A DNA stretch of 57,617 nucleotides from Candidatus Aminicenantales bacterium (GTDB lineage Bacteria > Acidobacteriota > Aminicenantia > Aminicenantales > Saccharicenantaceae), in the NCBI GenBank assembly GCA_049512315.1, contig JBEKXF010000021.1:1-57617 (forward strand). The letters are read 5' to 3'. Within the stretch, counting starts at the first letter, position 1, and every line of letters starts with the position of its first letter. Made by a program: the position numbers and the translations under genes. Of the stretch, positions 49,512-57,617 are shown in pieces. Under the pieces are notes generated by a model. That model was not told the origin of the DNA and ran no database searches. It was given only the letters and a program-made list of their open reading frames with translations.

Positions 49512-50431
49512 GGTCATGGCGCGGAGGCTTGCTTCTCTGCCTGGGCCTGGCCGCCATCCTGGCCGCCTGCGCTTCGGCCGGGATCGAAAAGGGGCTGGAT
49601 CCTGAGAGCCGGGAGTTTTTCTCGAAAGTCCGGCTCATCATCACGCCCGAGGAGCGCCGGACGTTCCTGAGCCTCCCGGCGGAGAAAAGGAAAGAGTTCA
49701 TCCAGGATTTTTGGGCGCGGCGGGACCCGACGCCGGGAACGCCCAAGAACGAATACAAGGAAGAGTATTTCCGGCGGATCGAGCAGGCCAACCACCTGTT
49801 CTCGGGCGGAGGGTCGCCGGGCTGGCTTCAGGACCGGGGAAGGGTCTATATCACCCTCGGACCACCGGACACCAGGGAGACCTATCCCCGGGGGATGACG
49901 TTTTACGGACTGCCCACGGAGATCTGGTGGTACGGGTTCTTTTCGATCATCTTCGTCGACGAGCGCTGGGTGGATGACTACCGACTTGATCCCCAAAGCG
50001 CCATGCAGATCGGCGAGATCAACACGGCTCAGCAGCAGTGGAATGAAGCCCGGGAAAAGATGCCGAAAATGACGCCGGGAGGGGCGCCGCCCGAGCTCAA
50101 TGTGAAGGTCCAGAAGGGTCCGACCGGAGGCGCGAGCATCCTGATCACACTTCCGTACAGGAATATCTGGATGAAAGTCCAGGGCGACCGGTTCCAGGCA
50201 ACTCTCGAGCTAACGCTGAAGGTCCTCGACGCTTCGGGTACCGAAGTCTGGAAGTCCACGGAGAAATATCCCCTCGACATCCCGGAAAATCGCCTGAAAG
50301 AAGTCTTGGTCACAAACTTCGAGATCACCGTCTCCGCGCCTCTCAGCCCCGGCGTCTACACCCTGAACCTCAGCCTGACGAACGCCAACGATGGGAGTCG
50401 GGCCGAGGTCAAGCAGAAATTCGAGATCTGA
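49508..50431 (+). CDS. GWxTD domain lipoprotein
   Basis: ATGA overlap; lipobox LAAC; FWARRDPTPGT, EYFRRIEQAN, GWLQDRGRVYITLGPP. Confidence 0.9.
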   Translation: MRSWRGGLLLCLGLAAILAACASAGIEKGLDPESREFFSKVRLIITPEERRTFLSLPAEKRKEFIQDFWARRDPTPGTPKNEYKEEYFRRIEQANHLFSGGGSPGWLQDRGRVYITLGPPDTRETYPRGMTFYGLPTEIWWYGFFSIIFVDERWVDDYRLDPQSAMQIGEINTAQQQWNEAREKMPKMTPGGAPPELNVKVQKGPTGGASILITLPYRNIWMKVQGDRFQATLELTLKVLDASGTEVWKSTEKYPLDIPENRLKEVLVTNFEITVSAPLSPGVYTLNLSLTNANDGSRAEVKQKFEI

Positions 50432-50456
50432 AAAAAACCCGCTAGGAGGGTTTTTT
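50431..50456. terminator. Possible bidirectional terminator between convergent genes
   Basis: AAAAAAACCC-gctagga-GGGTTTTTT; the GC stem is short. Confidence 0.4.
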
Positions 50457-50624
50457 CTTGCGGTAAGACGCCCAGGCTGTGGCCAGGAAGAACCAGCCGA
50501 GCGAGGCAAGGAGCAGGGCCAGCTTGAATCTCGCCTCGGGCAGGATCCCGAGAAAGAAAAGGACGGGCGCCGCGAGACACAGGCCGAGGCTCAGGATCGA
50601 GAAGAAAGCCAAAAGGATCTTCAT
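50442..50624 (-). CDS. Small two-TM membrane protein (60 aa)
   Basis: TGATG overlap with the transporter stop, GGGGAGG upstream; MKILLAFFSILSLGLCLAAPVLFFLG...YRKKKPS. 3' end of ORF 50442..51821. Confidence 0.8.
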   Translation of the reverse strand: MKILLAFFSILSLGLCLAAPVLFFLGILPEARFKLALLLASLGWFFLATAWASYRKKKPS

Positions 50625-52053
50625 CAACGTCCCTCCCCCGTGGCCGTTGGCGTCTCTCCGCCGGCGACAAGGCCTCGCCGCCCGGACCGCGGTCTCCCTT
50701 CCTGGATCGCCGTCAGCCCCGTATAGGACCCCGCGGCAATGAACCAGCCGGGGAGCCACTTGAAGTAAAGGTGGATCGGCAGGAGGAAACAGACGGCGAG
50801 CGTTCCCAGCCAGACCGCGAGGACGGCCCAGTTGAAGGCCCAACCCCTCTTTTCCGCCCTGAGCTGCTCGATCCCGAGGAGCGGGAAGATCCAGTGTTCG
50901 GTGAAGACGATCGCGCCGACCGGCATGAGGACCAGGCCGTAGATCGCCACGTAATCCAAGAGCTTCAGGAAAAACACGGGAAAGCAGGCCAGCACGGTCG
51001 TCGCCGCCCCGGCCAGCAGGGTGATCCTCCACCGCGGCCAGTTGGGGGTGATCGCCTGAAGGGCTAGCCCGGCCCGGTAAAGCGTCGGGTTGGCGGTCGT
51101 CCAGCCGGCCAGGACCACGGCTCCGATCCCCGCCGCGCCGGCCGCCTCGAAAGCCATCCGCCCGGGGTCCATCTGCCGGCCGATGGCCGCGACCATGATC
51201 CCCGAGCAGATCCAGGCCAACATGTGCCCGGGATACATTCCGAAGGCCGTGTACAGCCCGTAGGTCCATTTCCTGGCGTACCGGAACAGGGCCATGTCCG
51301 AAAGGCCCACGTGCATGGCCAGGTTGCAGAACCAGGCGAAGAACATGATGTGCCAGAAGCCGAATTTTTCCTGGCCGGCCACGGCGACGCCGTTCCAGAC
51401 CTTCGTTGAAAGCACCTGCCAGAGGTTCGCGAGGTTCCGCTCGACCCCGAGCTTCGGCAGGACGGCCACAGCCGCAGCGACAAAGATGGCGAAGATCCAC
51501 GGGGAGCAAACCTCGGCGAACCGGCTCAGCTTCTCGAACCCCAGGATGGCCATGGTCGTGAACGCCGCCCCGAAGACAAAGACGATGGCTACCCAGCCGG
51601 CGCTCGTCGGCAGGATCGCGTCCAGCGCCGGGACCCGGATCCCAAAGAGCAGACCTACGGCCGTGGCCGAGACCGAGATCATGGCCCCGGCGAGGATGCA
51701 GTACAGGAAGGCGTTGGCGATGTTGTAGATCAGGGTGACGCCTGAACCAGCGATCTTCCGCAGGTACCAGTAGAGCGTCAGGCGCGTCCGGACCGCGATC
51801 GGGGCGCAGATGAACGTCCAAGACAGGACGGCCAGGAGGTTCCCGAAGAGGAGCCCGAGGAGAAGGTCCCGGGCGGTGATGCCGTGGAGGACGAAGAACG
51901 CGCCGATGACGAACTCGGTCGCGGCCACGTGCTCGCCGGCGAAGAGCCCGGCGAACTTCCCCCCGACTGGAACTTATTCGGAGAGACGGGCTCCCGGTCG
52001 AACTCGTAGAGCCGGTCCATGGCCGAAGAGAACTTCGCCAGCCGCTCAGCCAT
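50624..52053 (-). pseudogene. NCS1/purine-cytosine permease-like transporter with an early frameshift (pseudogene, recoding or sequencing error)
   Basis: MAERL...YEFDREPV...QSG (from 52053) joins KFAGLFAGEHVAATEFVIG only if the G6 run at 51964-51959 is G7; about 12 TM helices; AGWTTANPTLYRAG. Confidence 0.8.
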
Positions 52054-52197
52054 GAAGGGGCTCCCTCTGCATGGAATCGGTCATTCGCTCCTCCTTCCCG
52101 GCCACGATCCCCCCATATTTACATCAGGAGGCAGGCGGAGACAAGACCTGAAATGGTCGGGACCCGGCCTTTATTTCTTCCCGCGGCGGGATTATAA

Positions 52198-52764
<567 letters not shown>

Positions 52765-52875
52765 CGACCCATCGGACATGGGGATAGCCAAGGGGTTCCT
52801 TACGCGGTTCCGAGACCTCGAGAACGATCCTCGAAAAGTCCCGGATCTGAAGTCCGGCCCCCGGTCAACGGTCTT

Positions 52876-55017
52876 TCATCGGACGACGAATTCCACGGTC
52901 GCGGACGAGGTCGAAGGACCGCCCTTCGCCTTGGCGACGACCTGGAGGTTGTAGCTGCCGGGCCGGAGCTCGCCCGTCCCGAGCTCCAGCAGGGTGAGGA
53001 CGGTCCGGCCGTCCCGCGACCTCTTGAGCACCGAGACCGGGAGATCGGCCCGGGCTTGGGAGGCCGCCCCCGCGAGTGAGGCGGAGAAATCGAAGTCCGC
53101 GTCCGGAACGTCCGCCGAGCAGCGCACGGCCGCGAAAACCTTGGCCAGCCCGGTGGGCACGTCGCCGACCAGGGGAGCGTAAGAGTCCGGGTCGTAGGAG
53201 AACAGGGACGACAGGGAACCGGCTTCCGAAGCCGCCAGGTCCTTGGACCGGGGGTCGAGGGTCAGGAGGAGCGGCGGGTCGAGGACGATCGGTCCGGCCG
53301 ATGCCCCGGGGATGACGAGCGCGGCCGAGCCCCTGGCTCCCCTCCCCGTCTCCATGTTGCGGAGGACCAGGCGGCACGTGAAGCGGCCGGGCTTGACGCT
53401 GAGGAGGAATGTGGGGAAAAAGGTCTCCTTCCCGGCCTTGTCCTCGGGGAGGGTCAGCTTGAACCTCTTGATCAGGGCGATGTCTCCGTTCTCGTCGAGG
53501 AGGAGAAGGTAAGCCTCGGACTTCCCGCCGAGGACGTCGGCCTGGGCAGTGCTCGAGGCCCGGGCAAAGGCCACGAGCTCCGGCGATCCCCTGACGGTCA
53601 CGGCCATCGCCGCCACAGGGACCTCCTCCGGGACCTGGAACTGGGGATTTTCGCTCAGGGCCAGGTCGGTCACGTGGAGCAGCTTCTCGAAGCTCGAATA
53701 CTCGGTGTAGGGCTTGGGGCTGAAATAACCGCCTTGGGCTAAAACTTCGCAGCCCTTGCGAGTGACGCGGACCTTGATCTTGTGGAACTTGCCGTCCCAT
53801 TTCTCATTGACGGAATAGCCCAGGACATAATAGGCGCCCGTGACGTTCTGGATGCTGTCCAGGCTCTTCCTGTAGTCCACGGTGTTGGCGAAAAACCTCC
53901 CGCCCGTGCCGGAGGCAAATTGGCGGAGGGAATCCGCCCCCTCGAGCTCCTCCGCGATCGCGCTCGACCCCTCGATATCGGAGATGTCCGACCCCTTCTG
54001 GCCGCGGGACACGTCCAGGGCGTAGACCGGACTGTTGGACGCCTTGAACTGCTCGAGCATGGCCGTGAAGTCCCACCGGAGCCCCGTGTCCGCCTGGGCG
54101 GCGTCATAGCTTCTCATCTGCGCGGCCAGCTGATCCACGGTCGACCCGCTGACGGGCCCGGCCCCGCCCTTTTTCCCGTACAGGACCTGGCGGGAGAGCC
54201 CGCCCGAAAAGAGGATGACGTTCTTGGTGCCGGGGATGTAGCGGATCACCCGGGCGAAATTATCGAGGCTCATGACGAAGTGCCGGGCCCGTTCGACGTA
54301 GCTCTGGCGGGTCCCGTCGTCTACCTCCCGACCCGTCTGGAGCTTGGCCTGCTGCTGGAAAAAATCTTCCCCGGAGGCTTCGCCGGTTCCCGCCCTCGGG
54401 GGCCGTTCCTGGAGATCGACCGTGAAGATGTAGTCGGAGAGGTTTTCGGCCCGCCCGGTGAGCCGTTTCAGCCCGAAGCCGTCCACGATCCGGCGAATCT
54501 TCATGTGGTCGGTCGTCAGATACTCGTGGAGGACAAGGCCCCGAAGCGCCGTATAGGTCAGGAGTCCCACCTCGTCGGCGGGCTGGACCTTCGTGTCGAG
54601 GAAGTGGAGGCCGGCGTTCTTGGCCTTGAGGACCCCGTGGGCGTCCATGAAGCCGAAATCGAAGAGCAGGAAGAATTTCCGGCTCATCCGGGGACCGGGA
54701 GAGGGAAGGCCCGAAGACTCTTCCGGCTCGCCCAGGAAATGTTTCTCGAAATGGGTGACCGCGACGGTCCGGCCGTTGTCGCTGACCTCGAACTCGTCGG
54801 CCTTGAGATCGCTCGCCGGTTGACCGCCCTTGGCCGTTACGTACACCTGGACGAGCTTGAGAGTGACACTGATGTCGTAGCGGAGGGGTTTTTGAAGGTC
54901 GGGCTGGCCCTGGCCCTCGGAAGCGCCGCAGAGGGCGAGAGTGAGGATCACGATGCCGGGGAGGAGACCCCGGGACGTGGGGACCTTCCCGGAGACCGAA
55001 GCGGACCTTAGGCTCAT
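52876..55017 (-). CDS. VWA domain protein, Acidobacterial type
   Basis: Leader; LVQVYVT...DLKADEFEVSDNG, KNVILFSGG, LRQFASGTGG, YYVLGY, FHKIKVRV, RGY-like QGGY. Confidence 0.88.
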   Translation of the reverse strand: MSLRSASVSGKVPTSRGLLPGIVILTLALCGASEGQGQPDLQKPLRYDISVTLKLVQVYVTAKGGQPASDLKADEFEVSDNGRTVAVTHFEKHFLGEPEESSGLPSPGPRMSRKFFLLFDFGFMDAHGVLKAKNAGLHFLDTKVQPADEVGLLTYTALRGLVLHEYLTTDHMKIRRIVDGFGLKRLTGRAENLSDYIFTVDLQERPPRAGTGEASGEDFFQQQAKLQTGREVDDGTRQSYVERARHFVMSLDNFARVIRYIPGTKNVILFSGGLSRQVLYGKKGGAGPVSGSTVDQLAAQMRSYDAAQADTGLRWDFTAMLEQFKASNSPVYALDVSRGQKGSDISDIEGSSAIAEELEGADSLRQFASGTGGRFFANTVDYRKSLDSIQNVTGAYYVLGYSVNEKWDGKFHKIKVRVTRKGCEVLAQGGYFSPKPYTEYSSFEKLLHVTDLALSENPQFQVPEEVPVAAMAVTVRGSPELVAFARASSTAQADVLGGKSEAYLLLLDENGDIALIKRFKLTLPEDKAGKETFFPTFLLSVKPGRFTCRLVLRNMETGRGARGSAALVIPGASAGPIVLDPPLLLTLDPRSKDLAASEAGSLSSLFSYDPDSYAPLVGDVPTGLAKVFAAVRCSADVPDADFDFSASLAGAASQARADLPVSVLKRSRDGRTVLTLLELGTGELRPGSYNLQVVAKAKGGPSTSSATVEFVVR

Positions 55018-55071
55018 GTCCAGCGCTCCCGGTGAATTCGAGCCGGCAAGGACATTCTAACAGAATATGAA

Positions 55072-55109
55072 TAAGAGGGACAGTCCTCGCCAGAGGGCTG
55101 TCCTTCTTA
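55072..55109. repeat. REP-like palindrome variant, possible terminator of the RND gene
   Basis: TAAGAGGGACAGTCCTC-gcca-GAGGGCTGTCCTTCTTA, 15/17 complementary; core GGGACAGTCCT resembles GGGACGGTCCT. Confidence 0.6.
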
Positions 55110-57617
55110 GACTTGCGCCGGCTTCCGCTTCTTGAACTTGCCCTCGAAGTTGTCGAGGACGACATAAAAGACCGGGACGATGACGAGCGTCAAGATGGTC
55201 GAGGAGATGAGCCCGCCGATGATTGTGAAGCCGATCCCCGCACGGAAGTTCGAGCTCGCGCCGATGCCGAAGGCGACCGGGATCATGCCGAGGATCATGG
55301 CCAGAGACGTCATCAGGATGGGCCGCAGCCGCGTCGCGCCGGCTTCGAGGACGGCCTGCGTCCGCTCCATTCCCCTTCGCCTCAGCACGTTCGTGTAGTC
55401 GATGAGCAGGATGGAGTTCTTGGTGACGAGCCCCATGAGCATGATGAGCCCGATGAAGGCGACCATGTCGAAGAGCTTGTTGGCGAGGAGGAGCCCGAGG
55501 ACGGCCCCGATGATCGACAGAGGGAGCGCCAGCATCAGGGCGAAGGGCTGCAGGAACGAGGCGAACTGGGAGGCCAGGATCATGTAGACGAACACGACGG
55601 CCAGCGCGAGCGAGAGGGTCAGGGTCTGGAACATCTCGGCGTTCGTCTCGACCTGGCCCCCGAAATCGTAGGTCACGTCCTTGGGGAGATTGAGAGCGCT
55701 TAGCCGGCCCTGGATGTCTCGCGTGAGCACGTTCATGGCCGCCCCCTTCAGGATATTCGATACGACGGTCACCTGCCGGACCCGGTCCTTTCTTTTGATC
55801 TGGGTCGGGCCGTTGACCACCTTGAACCGGGCCACCTGGTCCAGGGTGATCATCCCGCTTCTAAGGGTGGGGATGTAGACACGGGACAGCCGGTCGAGGT
55901 CCAGGCGCGTGTCGTCGGCGGCCAGGACCCGAATGTCGAAGAGCTTCTCCCCCTGCCGGAAGCGGGACGCGATATCGCCGTCGACGAGGCTGCGCATGAC
56001 CGAGGCCACCTGCAGGGTGCTGACCCCGAGCTGCGAGGCCCGCTCCCTGTCGATCTGGATCTGGATCTCGGGCTTGGGGGGCTTGTAGTCGGAGTTCAGG
56101 TCGACGAGCTGCGGGATTTGGGCGAGCGAGGTCCGGATCATGTCGGCCGCCGTCGTCAGGCTCTCCAGGTTCGTGCTCTTGATGTTGATCTGGATCGGGA
56201 GCTGGGCGAAACTTTGGGCCGCGCTGCCGGCGATCGACATCGATTCCTGAAACGTCAGCTTGGCGCCGGGGATGCCGGCCAGCTTGGGCCTCAGGGCGTC
56301 CTGAAATTCGTCGGACGTCCCCTGCATTTTCAACTTGACGTTGACGGTGGCCTCGTCGGAGGCGCCGTCCGTCGTGCCGATGACCGAGAAAATGTCTTTG
56401 ATCTCAGGTTCGCCCCGGAGGATGTCCTCGATCGCTCGGACGGTCCGCTCGGTGCTCTCAAGGGAGCTCCCCGAGGCCACCTGGACCTTGATGTTGAACT
56501 CGGGACGGTTGCCGTGCGGAATCCCGCCGATCCCCACCAGGGTGAAGAGCCAGCCGCTCAGGGCGAAGATCGCCAAGGTAATGAGGATGACGCTTTTCCG
56601 GTGGCCGACGGCCCACTTGAGGATCGGGCGATAACCGCGCCCGAGGCTCTCGTAAACCCGGGTCACGGAGGCCATGAGCCTGGCCGAGAGGGAGGTCCGG
56701 CCGTTTTGCCGTCCCTCCTTGAAGAAATACGCGGACAGCATCGGGGCGAACGTAAAAGCCTCGAAGAGCGAAATGAGGACCGCGGCCGCGATCGTGATGC
56801 CGAACTGCTTGAAGAACTTGCCGGCGATCCCGGTCGCGAAGCCCACGGGCAGGAACACGGAGACGAGGGTCAGGGTCGTGGCCAGGACGGCCAGTCCCAC
56901 TTCGGCGGTCCCTTCGCTCGCCGCCTGCATGGGTTGCTTGCCGAGCTTCTCCATGTGCCGGAAGATATTCTCCCGCACGACGATCGCGTCGTCGATGAGG
57001 AGGCCGATGGAGAGGCTCAGGGCGAGAAGGGTGATGACGTTGATCGTGAAACCGAGAACGAACATGACGGCATAGGTCCCGATGACGCAGACGGGCAGCC
57101 CGGCGATGGTGATGAGGGTATTGCGCAGGTCGCCGAAGGACAGGAGGACGACGAGGCCGGCCAGGATGGCGCCCTCGATGAGGCTCTTGAGGACGTCGTC
57201 GCGCGACTCCTTGATGAACACCGACTCGTCCGTGGACTGCTTGATGTCGAGGTCGGGAAAGGCCCGGCCGATCCGGACCATGGCCGCCTTGACGTCCTCG
57301 GCCACCTTGACGGTGTTCGTCCCGGACCGCCTCTGGACGACGAGGGTCACGTTTTCGACCCCGTTGACGCGGGAGATCGTCTGCCGCGTTTTGTTGCTGT
57401 CGCTGACCGCCGCGATGTCCCTGAGGTAGATCGGGTTGCCGCCGGGGTTGGCCACGATGACCCGGTTGATCTCGTCCACCTCGCGGAACTCGGCCTTGGT
57501 CCGGATCAGGAAGTCGTAGTTCTGCTGGGTGATGCGGCCGGCCGGGAGGTTCAGGTTTTCGGACCGGATGGCCTGGCCGACCTGGGCCAGCGACAGGTTG
57601 AAGAGCGTCAGCTTGTC
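55107..57617 (-). CDS. RND efflux transporter permease, AcrB/AcrD/AcrF family (5' partial)
   Basis: GLLIDDAIVVRENI, VFLPVGF, GLVTKNSILLID, RLRPILMTS; the frame stays open to the window end (DKLTLFNLSL...). Confidence 0.96.
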   Translation of the reverse strand, partial: DKLTLFNLSLAQVGQAIRSENLNLPAGRITQQNYDFLIRTKAEFREVDEINRVIVANPGGNPIYLRDIAAVSDSNKTRQTISRVNGVENVTLVVQRRSGTNTVKVAEDVKAAMVRIGRAFPDLDIKQSTDESVFIKESRDDVLKSLIEGAILAGLVVLLSFGDLRNTLITIAGLPVCVIGTYAVMFVLGFTINVITLLALSLSIGLLIDDAIVVRENIFRHMEKLGKQPMQAASEGTAEVGLAVLATTLTLVSVFLPVGFATGIAGKFFKQFGITIAAAVLISLFEAFTFAPMLSAYFFKEGRQNGRTSLSARLMASVTRVYESLGRGYRPILKWAVGHRKSVILITLAIFALSGWLFTLVGIGGIPHGNRPEFNIKVQVASGSSLESTERTVRAIEDILRGEPEIKDIFSVIGTTDGASDEATVNVKLKMQGTSDEFQDALRPKLAGIPGAKLTFQESMSIAGSAAQSFAQLPIQINIKSTNLESLTTAADMIRTSLAQIPQLVDLNSDYKPPKPEIQIQIDRERASQLGVSTLQVASVMRSLVDGDIASRFRQGEKLFDIRVLAADDTRLDLDRLSRVYIPTLRSGMITLDQVARFKVVNGPTQIKRKDRVRQVTVVSNILKGAAMNVLTRDIQGRLSALNLPKDVTYDFGGQVETNAEMFQTLTLSLALAVVFVYMILASQFASFLQPFALMLALPLSIIGAVLGLLLANKLFDMVAFIGLIMLMGLVTKNSILLIDYTNVLRRRGMERTQAVLEAGATRLRPILMTSLAMILGMIPVAFGIGASSNFRAGIGFTIIGGLISSTILTLVIVPVFYVVLDNFEGKFKKRKPAQV

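Overview
A GC-rich bacterial chromosome segment with about 42 protein-coding genes and one tRNA-Ala(GGC). The tandem GWxTD proteins, Acidobacterial-type VWA protein and GQSWP-type M1 peptidase suggest Acidobacteriota, possibly Ca. Aminicenantes (inference only). Content is mostly envelope, transport and degradative functions: a K+-independent membrane pyrophosphatase, potABCD, rhaT, a GH78 rhamnosidase, several uncharacterised secreted glycosidase-like proteins, peptidases, class II FBP aldolase, a di-haem peroxidase, a NodIJ-like ABC exporter and a partial RND pump. The window begins inside the left end of a probable IS30-family element. No CRISPR array, prophage or defence system was seen. 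Signals not explained by the ORF track: (i) two copies, 29 kb apart, of an AT-rich 87-bp inverted-repeat element placed right after stop codons; (ii) a second palindrome family with core GGGGACGGTCCTG; (iii) a 540-bp compressed relic (31983-32524) built from motif patches of a GH5-like and a GH27-like gene joined by apparent large internal deletions; (iv) two single-base homopolymer frameshifts (sialidase-like gene, NCS1-like transporter); (v) a GC-rich multi-stem intergenic element upstream of a beta-barrel gene; (vi) GWxTD and VWA proteins that appear to share C-terminal modules. All family calls come from motif recognition by eye, not database searches.
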